Origin: Malacoraja senta
Lineage: Eukaryota
NCBI GenBank assembly: GCA_038087875.1
Contig: CM075996.1
Coordinates: 9,612,001-9,676,000, forward strand
DNA: 64,000 bases
Direction of reading: 5' to 3'
Shown: positions 36,604 through 49,425 of the stretch, one piece after another
How the letters are laid out: each line of letters begins with the position of its first letter
Position numbering within the stretch: the stretch's first letter is position 1
Notes under the pieces: model-generated
Told to the model about the DNA's origin: nothing
Seen by the model: the letters and a program-made list of their open reading frames with translations, nothing else
Database searches by the model: none
Made by a program: the position numbers and the translations under genes

Positions 36604-37862
36604 GGGTGGCGCCGTCGGCGAAGGCAGCCTCGTCAACGTTCTGTCTGTCTTTTCGTCTTTTTTGTTATTTTTACTGTGTTTTAAAAGTTTGTGTTAATGT
36701 TCTCTGGTTTGTTTTATGTGGGGGATGGGGGAGGGGGTCGGAGGAAACTTTTTTTCAATCTCTTACCTTGCCGGAGATGCGATTGTTTTCCGGATCGTAT
36801 ATCTCCGGTCACTCTGCGGCCTAACATCATGGAGCTGGAAGCCTTGCTTGAGACTGACTTTGAGCCCCACCGCGGGGCTGTGGACTTACCATCGGAGCCT
36901 GCGATCCCTTGCCTGGGATTTCACCATCGAGGAACTCGCAGTCTCGGGTAGAGAATGATGTCGGGAAGCTCCAGTTGCAGAAAGTTTCGACCAGCCCCGA
37001 CCCGGGGTCAATCGCCCGGCGGGGGGGGAGCTGACATCCCCCCCCCCCGATGCGGGAGCTTGATCGCCCCGAAGCGGTGGGCTCGACTGCCGGTTGTGGG
37101 AGCCAAGATCGCCCTGACAACGGAAGGATCGAGTGCCTCGACCACGGGAGAAGAAAGAAGGGAAGAAGATTGAACTTTTGTTCGCCTTCCATCACAGTGA
37201 GGAATGTGGAGGAGTCACTGTGGTGGATGTTCATGTTAAACATTTATTTGGGTGTCTTGTTGGTAGGGTTGCCAACTTTCTCACCCAAATAAGGGACAAA
37301 AGGTCAAAATAATCCCGACGGCAATTCGTTGCTCGATTCGGCCGTGGCTGGGTGGATGATGAGTTGGCCCCGGGTGCTGGACTGCACACAAAGCCCAGGC
37401 AGTGGGCCAGCTGAGGAGTTTTGGCCCGGGCCGCGCGACATCGCACGCAAAGTCAGGCATCCCATCCAACTCATGAACCGATGATCTGCCATGAGAAGGA
37501 GGGGTGGTGGTGTCGGCGGTAAGCGAAGGTCCGAAGGTCGGACATCTGGCCGGGCTGCCGACCGACGGGGCCACGGGCGAGGCGCTGCTGTTGCTGCACT
37601 CCATGGGCTGCACTACGTCGGGACAGGTGAGGCGGGGCCGGACGCGGCGTTCTAACCCGCCAGTCCCCTTGACCCGAGTAGTAGCAGTCAAATACGGGAC
37701 AAGGGCGGTCCCATACGGGACAATCCAATTTAGCCCAATATACGGGATATCCCGGCTAATACGGGACAGTTGTCAACTCTATGGTATGACTGTATGGCAA
37801 ATCAAATTCATCGTATGTTGCAAAACATACTTGGCTAATAAAGTACTATTTTGATTATGATT
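36604..37862 (+). mobile_element. GC-rich non-autonomous LINE-derived retroposon; related copies at 62777-63210 and 49700-50680
   Basis: Shared blocks CTGCGGCCTAACATC, GCGGGAGCTT..ATCGCCCC, GCC(T/G)TCCATCACA, CATACTTGGCTAATAAA plus short tandem tail. Confidence 0.65.
37264..37781. mobile_element. Non-autonomous hAT-like MITE (TAGGGTTGCCAAC ends); partial second copy at ~36110-36210
   Basis: 5' TAGGGTTGCCAACT and degenerate 3' AGTTGTCAACTCTA; repeated ACGGGA subterminal motifs; no clean TSD. Confidence 0.65.
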
Positions 37863-40800
37863 ATGAAGGGCATGTTTCCACACTGTATTACTCTATCACT
37901 CTATGAGATGTCCATTGCAATATCGTTGACGGGCGCATTCCAGACTGCAGGAGGACATGCGCTGAAGCTTGTTGCAGCCAATGCGATGGCTCTGTGTAGG
38001 GGGTGGGGAGGTGGACCACTGTCTCAGGTACAACCACCACAGACCGGGGTCCTCTGTAACAAACTCGGGTGGAATGGTTATACTGCAGTTGGACAATTGA
38101 TGCCACTTTGCAATGATATAAATATCCAAACCCGATTATCTTGGGGAGCAGCACGGTGACACAGCGGTAGAGTTGCTGCCTTACAGCACCAGAGACCCGG
38201 GTTCGATTCGAAACTGTAACGTCTAGGTTCAGGAACAGCTTCTTCCCTACAGCAATCAGGCTATTGAATGCTACGAACTCCAACTAAACTCCAAACTACA
38301 AACTGTTTAATTTGTTTAAGAAAGAACTGCAGATGTTGGAAAAATCGAAGATAGACAAAAATACTGGAGAAACTCAGCGGGTGAGGCAGCATCTATGGAG
38401 CGAAGGAAATAGGTGACGTTTAGGGTCGAGACCCTTCTTCAGACTGTTTATTTCAGTTTAGTTTAGATATACAGCAGGGAAACAGGCCCTTCGGCCCACT
38501 GACTAAACTCTGTGCTGACCAGCGATCCCCGCACATTAACACACTAGGGACAATTTACACATACACCAAGCCAATTAACCTACATGCCTGTACGGTTTTG
38601 GAGTGTGGGAGGAAACTGAAGATCTGGGAGAAAACCCACGCAGGTCAGGGGGAGAAGGTACAAACTCCGTACAGACAGCACCTGTGGTCGTATCAAACCC
38701 GTGTCTCTGGTGCTGTAAGGCAGCAACTCTACCGCTGCACCACCGTGCCGCCCATTGATTGCACAAGGGACTTTGGGGTTTGTTTTGTTTTTTTGCACAA
38801 TATTGTTTTTCTTTATTGAACTTTTTGTTATCTTTGCTTACTATATCATCTATTGAGGACTGTGCTTATAAACCTGTCGTGCTGCCGCAAGTAAGAATGT
38901 CATTGTTCCGTTTCGGTAAAGATGACAATAAAACACTCTCGCCTCTTGAGAGAAAGGACATGTTCTATATTTGACAATTTTTATATATACGGTATATTTT
39001 TGGAAACGTATGCCATGGGAACTAATACCCGTCTGTGAGTCAGTAGGAAGGTAAATTGAATCATGGCTTTTATCGTAAGCACGATTCTAAAGACATATTC
39101 TTCAACTTCACTGATTGTTGGGAGTTTGGCCCTGGAATATTGTCAGGTCACACTGATCTGATCTGTTCTGTATTTATTTATGCCTACTATATTCTGTTGT
39201 GCTGAAGCAAAGCAAGAATTTCATTGTCCTATCTGGGACACATGACAATAAACTCTCTTGAATCTCTTGAATCTTGAGGTCAAGTCAATAGACAATAGAC
39301 AATAGACAATAGGTGCAGGAGTAGGCCGTTTGGCCCTTCGAGCCAGCACCGCCATTCAATGTGATCATGGCTGATCATCCCCAATCAGTACCCCGTTCCT
39401 GCCTTCTCCCATATCCCCTGACTCCGCTATTTTTAAGAGCCCTATCTAGCTCGCTCTTGAAAGCATCCAGAGAACCGGCCTACACCGCTCTCTGAGGCAG
39501 AGAATTCCACAGACTCACCACTCTCTGTGAGAAAAAGTGTTTATATTGGATATATTGTCAGAAGTATTATAACGGATATATTGTCAGAAGTATGGTCATA
39601 GAGTGATACAGTGTGGAAACAGGCCCTTCCCCTCAACTTGCCCACGCTGGCCAACATGTCCCAGCTACACTAGTCCCACCTGCCCGCGTTTGGCCCATAT
39701 CCCTCCAAACCTGTCCCATCCATGTACCTGTCTGTTTCTTGAACGTTGGGATAGACCCAGCCTCAACTACCTCCTCTGGCAGCTCGTTCCACGCACCCAC
39801 CACCCTTTGTGTGAAAAAGGTATCCCTCAGATTCCTATTAAATCTTTTCCCTCTCACCTTAAACCTATGGTGAGGTACAGGTTCAATGACAATCTTGCTT
39901 AAAGCAGCTTCACACGTTCAGACAAACACACGGAACATAATGAGGCTTTACAAGGATGTTGCCAGGACACGAAGGAGAGATTGAGCAGGCGGTGACTCTA
40001 TTCCTTATTAAGGCAGAGATAGATAGATTCTTGATTAGTGCAGGTGCTGGAGAAGGCAGGAGAATGTGGTTAGGGGGGGGGAGATAGATCAGCCATGATT
40101 GAATGGCGGAGTAGACATGATGAGCTGAATGGCCTCATTCTACGTCTATTCCATATGACCTTATGACCTTGGAGCGCGGGGGGATGAGGGGGGATCTTAT
40201 TGAGGTGTATAAAATCATGAGAGAAATAGTACAGGGTCGGTGAATCGAGAACCAGAGGGCGTAGGTTTAAGGTGAAGGGGGAAAGATTTAATAGGAACCT
40301 GAGGGGTAACCTTTTCACACAGAGGGTGGTGGGTGTATGGAGCGAGCTGCCAGAGGAGGAAGTTGAGGCAGGGACTATTGCAACGTTTAAGGAACATTTA
40401 GACAGGTATATGGTTAGGACAGGTTTAATGGGCTCAGGGGCCAAACACAGGCAGGTGGGACTAGTTTATGGGATATGTTGGCTGGTGTGGGTAATTTGGG
40501 ACGAAGGGCCCATTTCCACACTGTATCACAGACTATAAATTATATATGAATGACATGTAAATCCTGCAAGACAGTGGAAAGGAAAAGACTGCAAAAAAAC
40601 AGAAATATAGAGCAAAGCAGAATTAGAAGGCAGGGTGGTGCAAAAGATTGTGTGTGGCATTCCATTGCTAAGGTGGGATTAGGGTTGTGAGGGTCGGGAC
40701 AAGGACCTGATGGTTGCAGGGAAGTAGCTGTTCCTCAACCTGGTGGTGTGGGACATCAGGCTGTATTTTCTGTATCTCTAAACTAAACACACACAGACTC

Positions 40801-41069
40801 ACTTAGATACACAGGGAAATATATGCACACTGTCCCACACACACAGGCCGCACGGCAGCGTTGCTGCCTTACTGCACTTGCAGCACCAGAGACCCGGGTT
40901 CGAATCCGACTCCGGATGCTGTCTGTACGGAGTTTTTATGTTCTCCCCGTGACCTGCGTGGGTTTAGTCCAAGATCTTTGGTTTCCTCCCACACTCCAAA
41001 GACGTACAGGTTTGTAGTTTAATTGGCTTGGTAAATGTAAATTGTCCCCAGTGTGTGTGAGGTAGTGTT

Positions 41070-41685
41070 AATAGACAATAGACAATAGGTGCAGGAGTAG
41101 GCCATTCGGCCCTTTGAGCCATTCAATGTGATCATGGCTGATCATCCCCAATCAGTACCCCATTCCTGTCTTCTCCCCATATCCCCTAACTCTGCTATTT
41201 TTAAGAGCCCTATCTAGCTCTCTCTTGAAAGCATCGAGAGAACGTGCCTCCACCGGGCAGAGAATTCCACAGACTCACCACTCTCTGTGAGAAAAAGTGT
41301 TTCCTCGTCTACGTTCTAAATGGCTTACTCTTTATTCTTAAACTGTGGCTCCTGGTTCTGGACTCCCCCAACATCGGGAACATGTTTCCTGCCTCTAGCG
41401 TGTCCAAACCCTTAACAATCTTATATGTTTCAATGAGATCTCCTCTCATCCTTCTAAACTCCAGAGTGTACAAGCCCAGCTGCTCCATTCTCTCAGCATA
41501 TGACAGTCCCGCCATCCCGGGAATTAACCTTGTGAACATACGCTGCACTCCCTCAATAGCAAAAATGTCCTTCCTCAAATTAGGGGACCAAAACTGCACA
41601 CAATACTCCAGGTGTGGTCTCACTAGGGTTCTGTACAACTGCAGAAGGACCTCTTTGCTCCTATATTCGATTCCTCTTGTTCTAA
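41070..41685 (-). mobile_element. CR1 LINE 3' fragment
   Basis: LVRPHLEYCVQFWSP...RMRGDLIETY plus tail; interrupts a SINE. Confidence 0.85.
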
Positions 41686-42911
41686 AGGTGTGGGGATCGC
41701 TGGTCGGCTCCGACTCGGTGGGCCGAAGGGCCTGTTTCCGCACTGTATCTCTAAACTAAACTAAACTAAACAGAGCCACACAGATACACTCTCACGCAGC
41801 TCGTCAAGTAAATTAACGCGCAGATCCCAGGGGCCACCGATGGCATAGGGAGAGGTCATGTTGCCCTGTGATCACAACACAGGGAGTACAGTGGGCCAGA
41901 TAGACACAAAAAGCTGCAGTAACTCAGCATCTCTGGAGCAAAGGAATAGGTGACATTTCAGTTCGAGACCCTTCTTCAGACTTAGGGTCGGGGAGAGGGG
42001 GAACTAGAGGTATGAAAAGGCACAAAGAACAAATGGATGAAAGGTATGAAAAGAACAAATCAAAGGTACCACCGATGATCGAGGAAAGGGGAGCCCACAA
42101 TGGTCCATTGTTGGCTGTTGTAGAGGTGATAACGAGGGGATACGAACAGTGAAATTGAGTAGGACGACAGTGAAACTAGTACAACGACTATGGGTTTTGG
42201 AGTTATCATCGTATTTATGTACATCTTATATTATGTGGTGTGGGCCTTAAAGCAGAGTCAGAGGCCTGGTCGGGAGTCACAGAATCAGGCTCTCTGCTTC
42301 TACACTGACCATGACACCTACCCTCAGTGAAACACCTACGGGTGGTGCAGCGGGTAGAGCTGCTGCCTCACAGCGCCAGAGACCTGGGTTCGATCCCGGT
42401 CTCGGGTCCTGCCTGCGTGGAGTTTGCACACTCCCCCTGTGAGTGCGTGGGTTTTCTCCAGGTGAATTTACTTTACAGATACAGCGCGGAAACAGGCCCT
42501 TCGGCCCGACGAGTCTGTGCCGACCAGCGATCACCCTACACGCCAGTACTATATGATGCACTAGGGACAACCCACAATTTAACCGAAGCCAATTAACCTG
42601 CACGTCTTTGGGATGTGGGAGGAAACCAGAGCACCCGGAGAAAACCCACGCAGTCACAGGGAGACCGTGCAAACTCTGTATAGACAGCACCCGTAGATTA
42701 ATTGGCCCCTAGTGTGTAGGGAGTGGATGCGAAAGTGGGATAATCTAGAACCAACGTGAACGGGTGATCGATGGTCGGCATGAAGGGCCGAAGGGCCTGT
42801 TTCTGTGCTGTATCTCTGAAAGAAATCGAAAGTTTACTTTCTGATTGACTGGAAATCTGATGGTTTGCCATTTGACAGCAGGTTCTGGTGTAGTGTTTAG
42901 TTTATTTATTT

Positions 42912-43425
42912 AGAAACATAGAAAATAGGCGCAGGAGGAGGCCATTCGGCCCTTCGAGCCAGCACCGCCATTCATTGTGATCATGGCTGATTGTCCCCTA
43001 TCAATAACCCGTGCCTGCCTTCTCCCCATATTCCTTGATTCCACTAGGCCTTAGAGCTCTATCTAACTCTCTCTTAAATCCATCCAGTGACTTGGCCTCC
43101 ACTGCCCTCTGTGGCAGGGAATTCCACAAATTCACAACTCTCTGGGTGAAAACGCTTTTTCTCACCTCAGTCTTAAATGGCCTCCCCTTTATTCCAGGAC
43201 TGTGGCCCCTGGTTCTGGACTCGCCCAACATTGGGAACATTTTTCCTGCATCTAGCTTGTCCAGTCCTTTTATAATTTTGTATGTTTCTATAAGATCCCC
43301 CCTCATCCTTCTAAACTCCAGTGAATACAAGCGTAGTCTTTTCAATCTTTCCTCATATGACAGTCCCTCCATCCCAGGGATCAATCTCGTGAACCTATGC
43401 TGCACAAGGATGTCCTTCCTCAATT
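42912..43425 (-). mobile_element. CR1 LINE 3' fragment
   Basis: RT C-terminal ORF 43001-43423 plus 3' UTR. Confidence 0.85.
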
Positions 43426-43904
43426 TATCAGTTTATTTAATAGTTCCTTTATTCGTTTATTTGTTGTCACGCTTCCAGAGATGCTTGTTCTGCGTGCTAT
43501 CCTGTTCAATCACACTCTGCACGAGCCCACAGTCTCCGCGTTCCAGCGCCATCTTGCAAAGCTCAAGTCTCTGGGAAGTCCGATCTCATCCCAAGGAGAT
43601 CTGCAGTTTCTTATCTTCCCGCTAGAAGGCTCGGAGTCCTGGTGGCTCCGGATAGATGAAGTAGGGGTCAGCCAACCAACATGCCCCATCTACACCAGCC
43701 CCACCTGCCTGCGTTTGGCCCATATCCCTCTAAACCTGTCCTATCCATGCACCTGCCCCAGTGTATTTTAAATGTTGTGATGATCCCTGCCTCAACTACA
43801 TCCTCCAGCAGCTCGTTCCACAAACCCACCACCCTCTGCATGGAAACGTTGACCCTCAGATTCCTGATATTATATAGTAAATATAGATATAGATTTATAC
43901 ATGT

Positions 43905-45270
43905 ACTCACACACACACACACACACAGTAACACACACTAACACACACACACAGTAACACACACACCAACACAGTAACACACACTAGCACACACACACAG
44001 TAACACACACACCAACACAGTAACACACACTAGCACACACACACAGTAACACACACACTAGCACACACAGTAACACACACACACACACAGTAACACACAC
44101 TAACACACACACACACACTAGCACACACAGTAACACACACACTAGCACACACACACAGTAACACACACTAGCACACACACACACACTAGCACACACAGTA
44201 ACACACACACACACACACTAGCACACACAGTAACACACACACTAGCACACACACACAGTAACACACACTAGCACACACACACACACTAGCACACACAGTA
44301 ACACACACACTAGCACACACACACAGTAACACACACTAGCACACACACACACACACACACTAGCACACACAGTAACACACACACACACACAGTAACACAC
44401 ACTAACACACACACACACACTAGCACACACAGTAACACACACACTAGCACACACACACAGTAACACACACTAGCACACACACACACACTAGCACACACAG
44501 TAACACACACACTAGCACACACACACAGTAACACACACTAGCACACACACACACACTAGCACACACAGTAACACACACACTAGCACACACACACAGTAAC
44601 ACACACTAGCACACACACACACACTAGCACACACAGTAACACACACACACACAGTAACACACACACTAGCACACACAGTAACACACACACACACACAGTA
44701 ACACACACTAGCACACACACACACACTAGCACACACAGTAACACACACACTAGCACACACACACAGTAACACACACTAGCACACACACACACACACACAC
44801 ACACAGTAACACACACTAGCACACACACACACACTAGCACACACAGTAACACACACACTAGCACACACACTCAGTAACACATACACACACGTTCTCACAC
44901 AGTAACACACACACACTAGCACACACACACTCACACACACACACACTCACGCACACACTCACGCACACATTCACTCACACACACACACTAGCACACACAC
45001 ACTAGCACACACACACTCACGCACACTCACACAAACACTAGCACACACACATGCACACTAGCACATGCACACATAATTACACGCACAAACCAGCACACAC
45101 ACACACACACTCAGTAACACACACACACACACGCACACGCACACGCACACGCACACGCACATGCACACACACACACACATAATTAGGCAGTAACACACAT
45201 GCTAACACACACACACACACTCACACAATAACACATGCATACACATTAACACGGACTCACTAACACACAC
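43905..45270. repeat. ~1.35-kb compound (CA)n satellite with alternating CAGTAA / CTAG interruptions
   Basis: Read directly. Confidence 0.95.
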
Positions 45271-45959
45271 TGTTGGACCCTTGGAGCATCAGCCTTTAAC
45301 CAGTCGACCTTCACAATGTCTCTGAGCTGGAACAGAACAGGTAGATGGGCAGAGTGGTCCCTGCCTGCCCTGCCTGTGTCCCTGACCCTGCGTCTGTCTC
45401 TGTTACTGGTTAAATCCCCCCTTAAATGATCAGCCATGATCATATTGAATGGTGGTGCTGGCTCGAAGGGCCGAATGGCCTCCTGCAACTATTGTCTACG
45501 TTTCTATGTTTCTTCGGCAGAGACACTACCCTGGAGCACTGCGCGCTGGGCATTCTGCTCATTAGACCAGGAAGGCATAACTTGTATATTGTTTTCTACA
45601 GAAACCTTGGTCAGGCTGCAACCAAATGTAAATGCATCATTACATTGTGCAAAACCCAGTCTTCTGGATGAAGTTATCAGTGAGGATTAATCACAGGAGT
45701 GGACAGTCACCGAGTGAATGAGGAATCTGCATCAATCTGCCCAGCACTTGCCTGAAGCTCAAACATACATTGAAGGCAAAGTCGAGCCATTTGCTTGGAG
45801 CTCAGGAGGTCGAGGGTGATCTTATAGAGGTGCATAAAATCAAGAGTTAAGAGTGTTTTATTGTCATATGTCCCAGATAGAATGGTGAAATTCTTCAACA
45901 GAATATATATAAACATAATACACTGTAAACAATATATAAATGTGTAAGAAAACATTGTC

Positions 45960-46160
45960 ACACCTACACACACACACACACACACACAAATATATATATA
46001 TATATACTGTATACACACACACTCACACTCACAAACACTCACAAACACACACACTCACAAACACACTCACAAAAACACACAAACACACTCACACACACTC
46101 ACAAATACACTCACAAACACGCACACTCACAAACACATTCACAAACACATACGTACACAT
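45960..46160. repeat. (CA)n/(TA)n/CACACTCACAAA compound microsatellite
   Basis: Read directly. Confidence 0.9.
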
Positions 46161-46679
46161 AAAATCAAACAACAATAATCGTGCAAATCAAGAGCCGGCC
46201 CAGTGACACAGCGGTAGAGTTGCTGCCTCACAGCGCCAGAGACCCGGGTTCGATCCTGACTACGGGTGCTGTCTGTACGGAGTTTGTCCATTCTCCCCGT
46301 GACCTGCGTGTGCTTTCTCCGTGTGCTCCAGTTTCCTCCATCACTGCAAAAACGTACAGGTTTGTAAGTTAATTGGCTAAATTGGTGAAATTTATAGCTT
46401 GTCCCTCGAGTGTAGGATAGTGTTTGTGTACGGGGTGATCACTGGTCGGCGCGGACTTGGTGGGCCAAAGATGCACTAGCTACGTATTGTCCCAAAAATC
46501 TTTCTTGGATGCACTTAACAGAGTGTACCCCACACTCGAGGGACAAGCTATAAATTTCACCAATTTAGCCAATTTAGCCTTGTGAACTGAGAGTCAGAAT
46601 CAATATTGGGAAAGTTAATATCACTAACCCTGTTAGTCTTACACCTTTCTGCAGTGTTTAGGTTATTTCCACCAATGCC

Positions 46680-46990
46680 ACATTGCAAACATTATATCAG
46701 GAATTGTTTGATGCGGGTGCTTGTATCACAGCTTGGTTTGGGAACAGCTCCATCCAAGACCGCAAGAAATTGCAGCGAATTGTGGACCCAGCCCAGACCA
46801 TCACACAGACCAACCTCCCTTCCACTGACTCCATTTATACCTCACGCTACCTCGGCAAGGCCAGCAGCATAATCAAGGACGAGTCACTGCCTGTCCACTC
46901 CCACTTCTCCCCTCTCCCATCAGGCAAAAGGTACAGAAGTGTGAAAACGCACACCTCCAGATTCAGGGACTGTTTCTTCCCAGCTGTATC
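46680..46990 (+). mobile_element. Rex/Babar-like LINE 3' remnant
   Basis: CITAWFGN...KLQRIV...LPSGKRYRS...RFRDCFFP. Confidence 0.75.
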
Positions 46991-47529
46991 ATCCTACAAC
47001 AACCTTTCAAAAGGTGGAGGAGGCCAAGTCAATGGATATAATTAAGGCAGAGATAGACAGATTCTTGATTGGTACGGGTGTCAGAGGTTATGAGGAGAAG
47101 GCAGGAGAATGGGGTTGAGAGCGAAAGGTCAGTGGCAATGAATTCCTCTGATCAATGATCTATCTCTCCCTCCTAACCCCATTCTTCTGCCTTCCCTCCA
47201 TGACCTCTGACACCCGTACTAATCAAGAATCTATCTATCTCTGCTTTAAATATATCCACTGACTTTGCCTCCACAGCCTTCTGTGGCAAAGATTTCCACA
47301 GATTCACCACACTCTGACTAAAAAAAATTCTCCTCAACTCCTTTATTTCTGAGGCTGTGGCCTCTGGTCCAAGACTCTCCCACGAGTAGAAACATCCTCT
47401 CCAGGGTTCTCGGCCTGACCATGAAGGCCTGTTGTCATGGCGATGTTGCAGCCTACAGAGGGAGATTTCGACTGAGGTGTCGTCCCCCCCCCCCCCCCCA
47501 ACACCCAGGCAACGTCACGCCTCGTCCTT

Positions 47530-48392
47530 CGGGGATGGAGTTGAGGTTCAGGGATGGAGTTTGGTTTTGGAGATTGAGTTTAGGTTCGGTGATGGAGTTT
47601 AAGTTTGGGGATATAGTTTAGGTTCAGGGATGGAGTTCGGGTTCGGGGATGGAGTTGTGGTCCAGGGATGGAGTTTAGATCCAGGGATGGGGTTAGGGTT
47701 CAGGGATGGGGTTAGGGTTCAGGGATGGGATTCGGGTCAGGGATGGGGTTAGGGTTCAGGGATGGGATTCGGGTTCAGTGATGGGGTTCGGGTCAGGGAT
47801 GGAGTTGAGGTCCAGGGATGGAGTTCGGGTCAGGGATGGAGTTGAGGTCCAGGGATGGAGTTCGGGTTTGGAGATGGAGTTAGGGTCCAGGAATGGAGTT
47901 AGGGTTCAGGGATGGAGTTGAGGTCCAGGGATGGAGTTAGGGTCCAGGAATGGAGTTAGGGTCCAGGAATGGAGTTAGGGTCCAGGGATGGAGTTGAGGT
48001 CCAGGGATGGAGTTAGGGTCCAGGAATGGAGTTAGGGTCCAGGGATGGAGTTGAGGTCCAGGGATGGAGTTAGGGTCCAGGGATGGAGTTAGGGTCCAGG
48101 AATGGAGTTAGGGTCCAGATATGGAGTTGAGGTCCAGGGATGGAGTTAGGGTCCAGGGATGTAGTTAGGGTCCAGGGATGGAGTTGAGGTCCAGGGATGG
48201 AGTTAGGGTCCAGGGATGGAGTTGAGGTCCAGGGATGGAGTTAGGGTCCAGGGATGGAGTTGAGGTCCAGGGATGGAGTTAGGGTCCAGGGATGGAGTTG
48301 AGGTCCAGGGATGGAGTTAGGGTCCAGGGATGGAGTTAGGGTTTGGGGATGGAGTTCGGGTTCGGGGATAGGGTTGAAGTTTGGGGATGGAG
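47530..48392. repeat. 19-bp minisatellite GGGATGGAGTTAGGGTCCA / GGGATGGAGTTGAGGTCCA
   Basis: About 45 tandem units; homogeneous core, diverged edges. Confidence 0.95.
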
Positions 48393-48769
48393 GCCAGGAG
48401 CCAGCCATGGATACCGCCTCTCCTCACTTGCCGTATCTGTGTGGGCCGTCAGCGACAAGAGGCAAGGCGGAGATGGTGGTACTGAGCCCAGCATCTCAAC
48501 ACCCAGGTCTGATGATCTATAATTAACATTTATAATCACAATAATTAACGTTGCTGAAGGCAGCAACAACACAGTTGCCGAGGCACCAGGTGTCCGGGGA
48601 TTTTATAAAAGCCCAGCACACGTATATAAATAGATTGATTTGAAGGACAGCTTCTAATTTAGTTGGTTATTTATACTCGAAGACATTGCACTTCATTAAA
48701 CGATGCTGCTGTTAACTCTCTTGTTAACGTGACTGGAGACACAACAATACTGACACCACAGAGCGACAC

Positions 48770-49425
48770 TCTTAAACCGAAGATAGACGCAAAATGCTGG
48801 AGTCACTCAGAGGGACAGGCAGCATCTCTGGAGAGAAGGAATGGGTGACATTTTGGTTCGAGACCCTTCTTCAGGCTGAATCAGGGGAGAGGGAGATACA
48901 GAGATAAGGAAGTGTAAGGTGTGAACACGGGACAAAGGGAACGGAGATCAAGGACCATGTAGAATAGATCATTGTTAGCTGGGAGAAGGTAACAACAAAG
49001 CAAACAGAGATAAAATGTAAACGAGGACAGTCAGACTAGTCAGAGAGCTGGGAAGGGGGAGGGATGGAGAGAGCGAGGGAAAGCAAGGGCTACTTGAAGT
49101 TAGAGAAGTCAATGTTCACACCGCTGGGGTGTAAGCTTCCCAAGTGAAATGTGAGGTGCTGTTCCTCCAATTTGCGCTGGGCCTCACTCTGACAATGGAG
49201 GAGGCCCAGGACAGAAAGGTCAGAGTGGGAATGGGAGGGGGAGTTGAAGTGCTGAGCCACCGGGAAATCAGGTAGGTTTAGGCGGACCGAGTAGAGGCGT
49301 TCAGCAAAATGATCGCCGAGCCTGCGCTTGGTCTCGCCGATGTACAGGAGTCCATGCCTGGAACAGCGGATACAGCAGATGAGGTTGGAGGAGGTGCAAG
49401 TGAAACACTGCCTCGCCTGGAAAGG
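48770..49425 (-). mobile_element. Penelope-like 3' portion
   Basis: Same GIY-YIG C-terminal nucleotide sequence and terminal repeat. Confidence 0.8.

Noticed and set aside
43984..44870. Cys/Val-rich ORFs
   Set aside because: Translations of (TG)n repeats
45261..45327. Possible minus-strand exon (LRDIVKVDWLKADAPRVQQ) with a pyrimidine-rich acceptor
   Set aside because: Runs into the CA repeat; no homology recognised
47530..48392. CRISPR-like or interstitial telomere reading of the tandem arrays
   Set aside because: No unique spacers, no cas genes, eukaryotic context; TTAGGG is not tandem
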